In this document: one piece after another, positions 27,001-34,859 of the stretch
Position numbering within the stretch: position 1 is the stretch's first letter
Layout: every line of letters begins with the position of its first letter
NCBI GenBank assembly: GCA_934271195.1
Contig: CAKQRB010000070.1
Span: forward strand, 1 to 58,876
DNA: 58,876 nt
Direction of reading: 5' to 3'
DNA from: an uncultured Alphaproteobacteria bacterium
GTDB lineage: Bacteria > Pseudomonadota > Alphaproteobacteria > RF32 > CAG-239
Position numbers and translations under genes: made by a program
Notes under the pieces: generated by a model
Database searches by the model: none
The model's input: the letters and a program-made list of their open reading frames with translations, nothing else
What the model was told of the DNA's origin: nothing

Positions 27001-28298
27001 AGCATGGTGACTGCACATTTGTCAACCAGACGAAGCATTCTCAAAGCCTTCTCATGCAAAGCGACTACTCTTTTGTAGCTTTCAAAGTCATCTTGCGCCA
27101 GACGAATCTTCTTAATCAGATTATGGATGTTTATGGCCGCTGTAATCTTGTCATAGATAAATTCCATACGGGTCATTTCATTCATTTTATATTTTGCGTC
27201 AAAGAACGGATGTTTCAAAGTCGGATCATCACTTTGCGAAAAGTTTATGGTACCGCCGGGGGCAATGGTGCTATAACCCTTAAAAGGCTTATACATATCG
27301 GCATCTTCGTTATATTCATAATACTCGCAAGGTTCCTGAGTGCAAAGAGGGTTGACTTTCTTCTTCTCCACATTAACTTCAACAACCGTATTTTCATCAA
27401 TATTTTCAATCACCGTACCGTTGGCCATCGTCACTTTTTGAGGCGAGGTTTCCGACTTTTTGGTAATGTGAGCATCTGCGCCTGCCACCTTTGCATGACC
27501 GGACAAACTAAAAGATCCGTTCAGCGCCAGCTTGGGCAGATTGTCAAAGCTCCGCGCGCTCTGAAGCGTGGGGTCGGGATCCGGATATTCCAGAGGATCG
27601 ACAATATCATTAATTGCACGGGCGGCTTCCAGCTGGGCCTTTATGGCCGTTAGCTCCTGCAAAACGCGGGAAATTGTATCTATGGTCTGATAAGCCAGAT
27701 AGTTGTTATACAACGTTTCGTTCAGAGCCTCAGGCGATGAAGCCCCGTCGCCACCGCTTTCATGCAATCGCGACTGCAAAGCGGCAAATTTGGCGGCAAC
27801 GTCGCTTGAAAGATATTTTTCAACTTCTCTTGCGGCGGAATAGGCTTCCAAAACGCTGTCATCATAAAAGTCCCGCGCCATTTTACGATATTTTACCTGT
27901 GTGGGGATATCATGGCTGGGATAGGTTAAAAACAGTTTGTAAACATATTTTTTGACTTCGCTTTCATTCAGCGGATCAACCGACGGCTCTTTCAGAATTT
28001 TGGCACCGGCAATCGGCTTGTGCTCCAACCGAAGATTGAATTTTGAATTAAAATTTAAGGCCTTGGCCGTAAAGATATTGGCAATCTGCTGTTTGAGCTT
28101 GTCCGCTTCGGCAGAAAGTTCCGTCAATGCCGTGGAGATATTTTTTCCAAGTTCAGCAGCCGTAGACGTCGGTTCAAAGACCGGACCTCCGAAAAAAAGG
28201 CCGAAAAAGGCATCAGCTTTGCCGCTGAACAACAGGGCCGTACCGAAAATTATCGCAAACAGAATATTTCTTTGGGATTTTTGTTGAAATTTTCTCAT
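24099..28298 (-). CDS. Giant secreted Cys-rich coiled-coil protein (1399 aa) in the virB5/virB6 position; function unknown
   Basis: AGGAGGG SD; signal peptide ...LFSGKADA-FF. The mature N-terminus GGPVFEPTSTAAELGKNISTALTELSAEADKLKQQ is like the four upstream paralogs. There are no internal TM helices, but several Cys clusters (CTQEPCEYY, WCGQSSCDNVVADYADCP, FPCNL..KCIDN..ECAAA..QCLKNLHCGNDY, YCANYNEGAYDKNMC). Confidence 0.75.
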   Translation of the reverse strand: MRKFQQKSQRNILFAIIFGTALLFSGKADAFFGLFFGGPVFEPTSTAAELGKNISTALTELSAEADKLKQQIANIFTAKALNFNSKFNLRLEHKPIAGAKILKEPSVDPLNESEVKKYVYKLFLTYPSHDIPTQVKYRKMARDFYDDSVLEAYSAAREVEKYLSSDVAAKFAALQSRLHESGGDGASSPEALNETLYNNYLAYQTIDTISRVLQELTAIKAQLEAARAINDIVDPLEYPDPDPTLQSARSFDNLPKLALNGSFSLSGHAKVAGADAHITKKSETSPQKVTMANGTVIENIDENTVVEVNVEKKKVNPLCTQEPCEYYEYNEDADMYKPFKGYSTIAPGGTINFSQSDDPTLKHPFFDAKYKMNEMTRMEFIYDKITAAINIHNLIKKIRLAQDDFESYKRVVALHEKALRMLRLVDKCAVTMLSNNFSDASSVWCGQSSCDNVVADYADCPVLNFEDLSANSEDDCSEDVSADYAARGGVSGWALDQYDLARAAISSGENYNISAVPAPTEDDIHTKDLDNVEKEGIPYAEKITGVVLDETAQYEAEARKSQLLPWEIGAIAAKTLAENPGTWGSLSNPYPVWNDQKNFYSQYLDGKYINLAQYLQFLAQKQIFEMALPVANTAALIAEVNAAKAAQESAIADVKSDKDMKAQEKTKEIQRLKDETAKKIEQLKKDKAANDTAIPSVVAIPRDKTYPNLWELNANEDELLSGSLKSVLGDSVPANDGSIISKTILNKFKEETLPGLLSERVLKLGNVSASGGGAIITMSRVIKDAQSLTAGFIKSMEAQIKATRESMCAMGDNLYYSVGTAPSMHKSMMRALADVIYEVSDAELEISASMKPWEATISRLDISEDDKTFIGVKPLTDREAKAPRAPLQMGYPPVREIFHFDDYDYEHAAPGSRKSFVAYGGEVPELWKEILADKPFVEKDIDLTKILDSGIGTNTLLRGGQFPCNLTASLVGNEDKCIDNTIYNVEHKRECAAAAEGALAAGNTPGQCLKNLHCGNDYFGTAVIGGLDSRAKSMEDTVASLTNTEADYAGGKVNPCINYSLNLTEDGERADKSKFLIWNKWSLYNETAGAGFTTVKDDNDPTLGRSELGIFLQTPASGTLTKIVTASLNLARANNILEKAKAMSVLKSLMEAGGNALGDDANTETKFRKEMAKIYDRLTEIIGKNNGDESALKESDNRDASSVEKVKKTLMGYIPFQQNQVGGFLNIAETEREYRESRKQLEKDIRQLEFDLAQTLGEIGYQLSNAFSLLNTADWKLSMSTLDETKNKLLTEIDTRIKNVKVTDNKIVKYRLREFNRMLMALNKDNQELVTIAEGVDSGPNFDEIIKMEEANAAVREEYRKKEEEAFRQAIKDLGNIYCANYNEGAYDKNMCRFPIKER

Positions 28299-28309
28299 GG
28301 CTCCCTCCT

Positions 28310-29455
28310 TTAAATATCTTCTTTATCACGCATGACATAGTCGTCAAGATTAAAATTAATCAGGTCATTTTCCGGCTGACGCATTGTATAAAACCGCCGA
28401 TCTCCATATTCATGCGCCGTATATTCGCGCAAATCATTAACCATAAGGTTGGCATATTGCATTAAAAGTTCAATGATTTTGATTTTCATCTGCGTATCCA
28501 TGCCGACCTGTCCGCCCAGCGTTTCCATATTTTCTGCCGTATCGGTAAAGTCCTTAAAGACATCCGGTTCCGTATACATTCTGTATTTTAACTGAATCGC
28601 CTCGGCATAGCTTGACGTGACGGCGTTGCGGCGTTCAATAAACCGTTTTTTGCGAATTTCTTTTACTTTTTCAGCCACTTCTTTGGTTGTATAATTTTGT
28701 TCCTTAGCTTTGCCGAGACCGCCGGACGGATTATCCAGATTGACGGCTTCTTTCAGGATATTTTCAAGTTTTTTCTTGATTTGTTCCTGAAGCTTGCTTT
28801 TTTCGGCATTTAAGGAATCTATCTTGGATTGAACGTCGTCCAGTTTGGCGGCAACGCTGTATTCTTTATCCAGCGCAGACAATTCTTCCCGATATCCATC
28901 AATAAGTTCCTGATTTTCACCGATATAATTTTCCAGTTCCAAGCCTGTGGCAAAATCATCAGACGGCGTGACAGCCAGTTCTTTCTGAGCTTCGGCAATA
29001 TTTTTTTCCGCCGCTTCAATTTTACCGTTTATCTCGGCTTGTTTTATCTTATAGACTTCATTGTTTTCGGCGCTGATATTGGCTTTATCGGCCAGAAGCT
29101 GGGCAATCCGGACATCAACCTGACTCAGGCGGGCGGAATCCATTGAAGAAGAGGCATATACGTCTTTATTACCGCCCAAAGACAAGACTTTATCGGCGTA
29201 TTCGGTTTTCCACCCCTTAATCATCGACAAAATATTTTTGGTTTCTTTATTACCTTCGCCAATCAGTTCGCCAAAAATCTGCTGTTCTTTGGTATCTAGG
29301 TCTTTTTGGGCTTTACGCAGGGCATCACCTACCACCGTACTCAGGCGGCCGGCCATTTCGGCAACGTCAATCGTAAAAAACGCCTGAGCCGGAACGGCGT
29401 GGGTTATGAAAGAAATCCCGATGAGAAAGCTTATATTTTTCAGAAACTTATTCAT
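28310..29455 (-). CDS. Secreted coiled-coil protein, VirB5/TrbJ-like paralog (381 aa)
   Basis: Signal peptide ...HAVPAQA-FF, then TIDVAEMAGRLSTVVGDALRKAQKDL and long heptad-like regions. Lies downstream of virB4. Confidence 0.55.
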   Translation of the reverse strand: MNKFLKNISFLIGISFITHAVPAQAFFTIDVAEMAGRLSTVVGDALRKAQKDLDTKEQQIFGELIGEGNKETKNILSMIKGWKTEYADKVLSLGGNKDVYASSSMDSARLSQVDVRIAQLLADKANISAENNEVYKIKQAEINGKIEAAEKNIAEAQKELAVTPSDDFATGLELENYIGENQELIDGYREELSALDKEYSVAAKLDDVQSKIDSLNAEKSKLQEQIKKKLENILKEAVNLDNPSGGLGKAKEQNYTTKEVAEKVKEIRKKRFIERRNAVTSSYAEAIQLKYRMYTEPDVFKDFTDTAENMETLGGQVGMDTQMKIKIIELLMQYANLMVNDLREYTAHEYGDRRFYTMRQPENDLINFNLDDYVMRDKEDI

Positions 29456-29457
29456 TG

Positions 29458-30165
29458 TTAATCTCCTTCATCCACGGTTGCCAGATCATTTCTCTGAGAC
29501 TTGCTGGCAAAGACGACTTCCGAGCTTTCAAATTCAAGCAGCGCCATTTCCATGGCAATTATGTCCAGAAGGCGGCGATTTGTACTTTCGGCATAAGCCC
29601 TGCCGGCCTGAATCAACTTGCGGCTGTTTTTGAGATCCACCTGCGGGTCAGGTTGTTCCTGACGCGCTTTTTTAAGATAATAGCGAATACTGTAAGCCTT
29701 GGCATAAATTGTTGCCACATTATTATGCTGTACCTCCATATCCTGCCTTTTTTGATGTTTGGACTTGGTTGTATCATTGCCGGAACCGTATTTGGCAATA
29801 TATTCGGTTTTTATGGTTTCTTGTGCAGCATCGACATTGTTGGTTTTGCCTTGCAGATAGCTCGGGACGTCCAGCGGAGAGAGTTTCAAATCACCGGCCA
29901 GTAAATTTCTGCCCATGGTCAGCCGGTCATTAATGTAATTGTAACCTTCCATGGCCTTTTTGCCAAATTCTCCTATTTTTGAATTACGCATTTTTGACTC
30001 GGCATCGGATATTCTTTCCTGCGCCATTTTCAGAATTTCCGTCGTTTCTTCTATTTTATCCTGAGCTTTGGTCAGGGCGTCCGATACCATAAGCGCTCCG
30101 ACCCACCCCGGCAGGAGCAGAGAAAAAGCCAAAAAGCTCAAAGCAAAAGTAATTTGTTTTTTCAT
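29458..30165 (-). CDS. Secreted coiled-coil protein, VirB5/TrbJ-like paralog
   Basis: ATG 30165 with GGGAGA SD (the listed start 30183 is less likely). Signal peptide MKKQITFALSFLAFSLLLPGWVGA. Confidence 0.55.
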   Translation of the reverse strand: MKKQITFALSFLAFSLLLPGWVGALMVSDALTKAQDKIEETTEILKMAQERISDAESKMRNSKIGEFGKKAMEGYNYINDRLTMGRNLLAGDLKLSPLDVPSYLQGKTNNVDAAQETIKTEYIAKYGSGNDTTKSKHQKRQDMEVQHNNVATIYAKAYSIRYYLKKARQEQPDPQVDLKNSRKLIQAGRAYAESTNRRLLDIIAMEMALLEFESSEVVFASKSQRNDLATVDEGD

Positions 30166-30175
30166 GGCCGTCTCC

Positions 30176-31606
30176 CTAATCAATTTTCAGCAGTTGTTCG
30201 CGGATGATTTCATATTCACCGTAATACTGGAAAGTGTCATTAGCAACTTTCATGGTATAAACATTCATAATCCGCGCCAACATATTGGCAATTTCTTTAT
30301 TGGCCTTCAGAACCGTATCATAATCCAATTTGACGGTCGTCGAGTTTATGGCCTTGTTTTCAACCGGCTGAAGAACGTCTTTTTCATAATCTATTGAATA
30401 CAACCGTGCCAGCAGGGCCTCGGCAAAAAAGGCGTAATTCTGCTGTTCTACCGATTTTATGAAAATTTCGCGCGCTTCATGCTTGGCTGACTGTGTCGGC
30501 TGCTCGCGCAGGGCAATCAAAGACTTGAGACATTCCACGACTTTTTCTTTATTTTCCATTTTTCCGGCTGTATCGGCATCCAAGCTGCAAAATTCGGCCA
30601 GCGTCCGCGGGATGATCATAATCTTGTCTTTTGTTCCCTGCGGGTTCGGATCTTCGGGTTTATCTTCAAGTTCTTCCTGAAACGGCTCAAAGTTTCCGTA
30701 TTCAGCAAACATATTATAAGAGAGCTGCATGGCGTAAACATTATAAAGTTTGTTTAAAATACGGGCAATTTCTTTGTTCATAATCATTGTTGTCGCATAG
30801 TCATCTCGCTCGGTTTGAGCTTTGATCGCCTTTTTGGACAGAGGTTTTAAAATTTCTTTTTCATAATAAACGGCAAAATTGCGCATAACCAGCGCTTCGG
30901 CAATATTGGCATAGGCTTCTTCCATCACTGATTTATAAAAAATATTGCGCGCTTCCTGTTGGTCTGATTGGATTGGGCTTATTTGAAAGCGAAACCTCTT
31001 TTTGAGACATTCAATCATCTTCACTTTTTTATCCAGCGTGTTTATGTCGTCAACGTTGATTTTGCAATAATCCGCCATGGCGTCCGGAAAAATAAATTTA
31101 TCGCCGTCTTCGGTTGAATACAAACCGCTATATTCATCATTAACGGCTTTGGCGGAAGCAATGCCCGCGCTTCCGGATATTGTGGCCGCGCCGCTCAATT
31201 CCGCCAACTGGATTTTACTCTTTCGCGGATCAAGCGAGGCGCCGAGGTCTTTTATCAGGTTCATTTTGGCATCTTCGGCACTCGGCACTTTATTGTTTGG
31301 CAGGTGGTCGTAATCCTGATCATATTCGCCATTCGGCTCATTGCCGTCGCCGTGATGTACTCCCGTGTTCAGAAAGTTAAAGAAATTGGATTTGGCTGTT
31401 CCCATCGTGGTATTCATGTTACCTTCGGTATTCATGATATTTACCACAAATTTGGATTCAAGGATTACTTTCAGATTGGTGGCGAGGCACTGCATCATGG
31501 TTCCTTTGTCAAACACCGGTATCAGCGCCTGAGACGCACGGACGGCCATTACGCAGAAAACAACCGCCAAGAGGCTCTGGATTATAATATCTTTAAATAT
31601 TTTCAT
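30176..31606 (-). CDS. Secreted VirB5/TrbJ-like paralog with an internal ~150-aa duplication
   Basis: ATG 31606 with GGGAGGTG SD (the listed start 31702 overlaps the upstream gene). Signal peptide ...VMAVRASQA-LIPVFDKG. VILESKFVVNIMNTEGNMNTTMG matches LVLEAKFTAETMRLAGRMNNTIG of the upstream gene. Two similar modules (..ECLKKRF..EARNIFYKSV..AEALVMRNF..YEKEIL / ..ECLKSLI..EAREIFIKSV..AEALLARLY..YEKDVL). Confidence 0.65.
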   Translation of the reverse strand: MKIFKDIIIQSLLAVVFCVMAVRASQALIPVFDKGTMMQCLATNLKVILESKFVVNIMNTEGNMNTTMGTAKSNFFNFLNTGVHHGDGNEPNGEYDQDYDHLPNNKVPSAEDAKMNLIKDLGASLDPRKSKIQLAELSGAATISGSAGIASAKAVNDEYSGLYSTEDGDKFIFPDAMADYCKINVDDINTLDKKVKMIECLKKRFRFQISPIQSDQQEARNIFYKSVMEEAYANIAEALVMRNFAVYYEKEILKPLSKKAIKAQTERDDYATTMIMNKEIARILNKLYNVYAMQLSYNMFAEYGNFEPFQEELEDKPEDPNPQGTKDKIMIIPRTLAEFCSLDADTAGKMENKEKVVECLKSLIALREQPTQSAKHEAREIFIKSVEQQNYAFFAEALLARLYSIDYEKDVLQPVENKAINSTTVKLDYDTVLKANKEIANMLARIMNVYTMKVANDTFQYYGEYEIIREQLLKID

Positions 31607-31916
31607 CTTGCACCTCCCTGTCCTGACCATACTCGCCTTTATCCTCGCCTTTGCTGATATAGCCATCTTCGAAGAGTTTGTGCGGATCAAAAACCGTTGC
31701 ACCGATAGTATTGTTCATTCTTCCGGCCAGACGCATGGTTTCGGCCGTGAATTTGGCCTCCAATACCAGTTTGATGTCATTAACCACATTTTGTCCTAAA
31801 GTTGCGGCATCAGTTACCGGAACAGGAAAGATAAAAGCATGAGATTTGCGGGAAGCGGCCATATTGAAAATAACCGCAATCATAAGCGCAAGCGCAATGA
31901 TTTTAATTTTTTTCAT
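31593..31916 (-). CDS. Small secreted VirB5/TrbJ-like N-terminal-module protein (107 aa)
   Basis: GGGGAGG SD. Signal peptide ...RKSHA-FIFPVPVTDAATLGQNVVNDIKLVLE, an IPV(T/F)D-type start typical of TrbJ/VirB5 mature N-termini. Directly downstream of virB4. Confidence 0.6.
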   Translation of the reverse strand: MKKIKIIALALMIAVIFNMAASRKSHAFIFPVPVTDAATLGQNVVNDIKLVLEAKFTAETMRLAGRMNNTIGATVFDPHKLFEDGYISKGEDKGEYGQDREVQDENI

Positions 31917-31993
31917 GACATACCTCCCCTGTTAAAGCTTATACCTTCAGTATACCATACAAAATACTACAACAAAAATTAATAATGTCTAAA

Positions 31994-34357
31994 TCAGCCA
32001 ATATTTAAATATTTTGTAACAAAATTCTCTTCTCCGTATTGTTGAATCAGATCCTGAACCAGTAATACGTTCTTACGGCTGGAGTTGTAGAGTTTCAGAT
32101 ACGGACCGAGACCGCTTAAATCAACGTCCAGAATCACAGATTCGCCGGTGGACGGACGGGAAAGCAGAATAGCATAGGGAAAATCACGATATGAACGACC
32201 AAAAATAAAGTCAATCTCGCTGTTGGTAAGGTTCCAGTTGACATAATCTTCCGGCATGGCCTGCGGATTGCGGAAGAAGATAACCGTCTGGCACTGTCCG
32301 CGGACAACCTCGCCCAGACCAAGCTTGTCAATAATATTCGGCTGTTGGAATGCACAGAGGTAAGCCTGACGTTTTTTACGACCTTCCTGCAATCCGATAA
32401 TGAAGTAGTCTTTAAACATCGGGTGTTTTAACATCGGCGCGGTTTCATCTATCATAATCAAAGACGGCACGCCGGTCTCGCCGGTCTCACCCTGAATACG
32501 ATGCATAACGTAGCTGATAACCGCCGGCGCAAGGATTTCGTCTTCAAAAATATGCGTAAAGTCAAAAGCCATAAAACGCTTGGACTTTAAGTCCAGACTG
32601 TCTTCCGTGGCGTTAAATATTTCGCCGTACTGCTCCGGATTTACCCATTTGTACAACTCGCGGCGCATATTGCCGGTCGGAGAAAAGCAGCTCTTGTATA
32701 AGTTGCTCATCACGCGTTCTTCCGGTTTGAGATAATCAAAAGCGGTCGTAACGGCACGGGCGATTTCTTTTTCGGACTGGGCATCGTCAACCATGGTAAT
32801 GGCGCGCATCCAGCGCCGCAGGAAAGCCCGATTATTCGGGCTGTTTGCGCAGTCGAACGGGTTGATTGACACGTTTTTCTCATCACCGTCAAAGCCGACA
32901 TAGGCTCCGCCGATGGCACGGGTAAAGATTTCGGCGCCGCGATAACGATCAAAGAAAAAGACTTTCAAATCGTGGTGGCGCATTGCCTGACCGGCCAAAA
33001 ACGTCAGCAAGGTCGTTTTACCTTGTCCGGTCGGACCGATAATGCAGCAGTGAGCAACAGCGGCCTCTTCGCCGGAAACATGGAACTGGAAGCGGTAAGC
33101 CGAACCGGAAGTGGTCTTGAAGATTGAAATCGGACCGGGACCCCAGTCTGATTTGTCAAAACCGGCAGCCGGCCTGTCAAAGCAAACGGCGCAGGCCACA
33201 ACGCGCGACAGATAGCGATAAGTCCGCGGATAGGTTTCATAAGTTGGAAACTGATTGAAAAAGGTCGCCTGCGCAACCCAACCCTCACGAACCGGCGTTA
33301 CGCTGAACAAACGGCAGATACGCTGGACTTCGCCTTCGGCAAATTCGATTTCGTCTTTGCTTTCGCCGCGGAGAATAATAGTCATGGCGTATTCGGTCAA
33401 TGCCTGATAGTTGGCATCGCTGTCTTCAATATTGGCCAAGACCTCGGAATACTGGTTGACAACCTCGGGCGAGAAGCTGGTAATAGAGGCCATTCTCTGC
33501 TGCTGCATTAACAAGGCACGCGCTTTGGGCTTGAACAAGGTTTTGATATTGTGCAGAAAAGTAAGTTCACAATCGATGGAAAGCAGCGAAACGACCATGG
33601 ATTCATCCATGTAGTCGCCGGAATCGCGAATTCCCATGACAATCGCCCATACTTCTTTTTCTCCAGAAAAATAGCGGATCAGCCCTTCCTCACCGGTAAA
33701 ATGGATATGATCGGCGGTCAGAAGCTCATTCAAATGGTGTCCTTCGGCATGGCCAACTTTAGGCTGCGGCTTGCTAACCGGACTGCACAACTTGGCAAAG
33801 ATTGAAAACGGACTGTCTTCCGCCGGACTGGTCTCGGTTTCATAAAGGGTTTTAACGCCATAATCATTCAAAATCGCCAACAGGGTCTGTGAGGCATAGT
33901 TCAAATCTTTCAGGGCATCGGGGCGGTCTTCCACACTCAAAATGACGTAATGGCTGTTAGTGTAGACACGGTCAAGATTGCCACGCCAGACTTCCGAAAT
34001 ATGTTCAAGCAGCGGGTTATTAAAATCACGAACCTCAGCTTCAAGCGGAATGCGCTCGCGCTGCGTAATGACCCGCACAGTGACAGACAGGCTTGACATA
34101 TTGTCAACCCAGGACTTGCGCGCCTCCAGCATTGACATGACTTTTTCTTCATTTACAAAAGCCAAATCCGCGCCGTCTATCTTAAAAACGCGCGACAAAG
34201 AGCCATTGTAACAGCGAATGGTAATTCCATCCGAAAGGAGCTTGTCAAACGGCAAAAAGTCCGACACGCGGGATTCCCGCGGCTGCGGCAGGACAGAACG
34301 GCCGAATCTGGTTACAAAAAGGCCTGCAAAGGCCGCCGCTGACAGAAAACCCATCAT
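31994..34357 (-). CDS. virB4: VirB4/TrbE-family T4SS ATPase
   Basis: N-terminal FLPFDKLLSDGITIRCYNGSLSRVFKIDGADL; Walker A IIGPTGQGKTTLL; Walker B-like SLIMIDETAPML. The start is uncertain: ATG-ATG at 34357/34354 is preferred, because the listed start 34525 would overlap virB3 by 107 nt. Confidence 0.93.
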   Translation of the reverse strand: MMGFLSAAAFAGLFVTRFGRSVLPQPRESRVSDFLPFDKLLSDGITIRCYNGSLSRVFKIDGADLAFVNEEKVMSMLEARKSWVDNMSSLSVTVRVITQRERIPLEAEVRDFNNPLLEHISEVWRGNLDRVYTNSHYVILSVEDRPDALKDLNYASQTLLAILNDYGVKTLYETETSPAEDSPFSIFAKLCSPVSKPQPKVGHAEGHHLNELLTADHIHFTGEEGLIRYFSGEKEVWAIVMGIRDSGDYMDESMVVSLLSIDCELTFLHNIKTLFKPKARALLMQQQRMASITSFSPEVVNQYSEVLANIEDSDANYQALTEYAMTIILRGESKDEIEFAEGEVQRICRLFSVTPVREGWVAQATFFNQFPTYETYPRTYRYLSRVVACAVCFDRPAAGFDKSDWGPGPISIFKTTSGSAYRFQFHVSGEEAAVAHCCIIGPTGQGKTTLLTFLAGQAMRHHDLKVFFFDRYRGAEIFTRAIGGAYVGFDGDEKNVSINPFDCANSPNNRAFLRRWMRAITMVDDAQSEKEIARAVTTAFDYLKPEERVMSNLYKSCFSPTGNMRRELYKWVNPEQYGEIFNATEDSLDLKSKRFMAFDFTHIFEDEILAPAVISYVMHRIQGETGETGVPSLIMIDETAPMLKHPMFKDYFIIGLQEGRKKRQAYLCAFQQPNIIDKLGLGEVVRGQCQTVIFFRNPQAMPEDYVNWNLTNSEIDFIFGRSYRDFPYAILLSRPSTGESVILDVDLSGLGPYLKLYNSSRKNVLLVQDLIQQYGEENFVTKYLNIG

Positions 34358-34418
34358 CGCCACCAGAATCTCGATATTCGACAGACCCTGCACAAAGATA
34401 GAAAAGAAATCAAAATTA

Positions 34419-34709
34419 CTATGGGGCAAACTTATTTCCTTTTGACGGATAAAGATTGTTTGTAGGCTTATAGCTCTGACCAAAGGCCTGAAGCATATTC
34501 GAAACATGCGGCTCGCGGAAACCAATCAACGCAATGGCAATGTGTCCCGCAAAAACCGAAGCCATAAACAAAATCGGGTTAACATCAAACGTTCCAACAA
34601 TCATGAACATCAGCGGAAACTGAACGCTCAGGTTCAGCAGCACAGGCAAAAACGGCCCCCACAAGATTTTGGGAGGATTTGCCACCGCTTTGAAGATACT
34701 TTCCTTCAT
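34419..34709 (-). CDS. virB3: VirB3/TrbD-family inner-membrane protein
   Basis: 96 aa; KAVANPPKILWGPFLPVLLNLSV followed by two hydrophobic helices. Immediately upstream of virB4. Confidence 0.75.
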   Translation of the reverse strand: MKESIFKAVANPPKILWGPFLPVLLNLSVQFPLMFMIVGTFDVNPILFMASVFAGHIAIALIGFREPHVSNMLQAFGQSYKPTNNLYPSKGNKFAP

Positions 34710-34790
34710 TTTCCGACCTCACAATTGATTTTTATTTAATTATACACCGAAAGTTTACGGCATACAATAAATAAGATGTTTTTTCCACTA

Positions 34791-34830
34791 TAGGAAAAAA
34801 GGCATACCATTCTGATAACAGTATGCCTTT
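34791..34830 (-). terminator. Intra-cluster rho-independent terminator between the pilin-gene block and virB3
   Basis: On the minus strand, AAGGCATAC-13 nt loop-GTATGCCTT is followed by TTTTTT (plus-strand arms at 34799-34807 and 34821-34829). Confidence 0.55.
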
Positions 34831-34859
34831 GGTTTATGAATATATGGTTAATATTATTC

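Noticed and set aside
26640-27653. 337-aa plus-strand ORF inside the 1399-aa gene. Similar antisense ORFs: 20818..21531, 52731..53615, 46614..47258, 43632..44132, 2580..3326, 15474..16028
   Set aside because: All are antisense to long genes with clear family signatures or repeat logic. They lack SD sequences, and their translations are low-complexity or Arg/Phe/Ile-rich with no motifs.
34358-34525. Possible VirB3-VirB4 fusion, or a long virB4 N-terminal extension overlapping virB3
   Set aside because: The two ORFs are in different frames with a 107-nt overlap, and no homopolymer or slippery site lies at the junction. The conserved VirB4 N-terminal motif starts well downstream. A separate virB4 starting near 34357 is more plausible, although the exact start is unproven.
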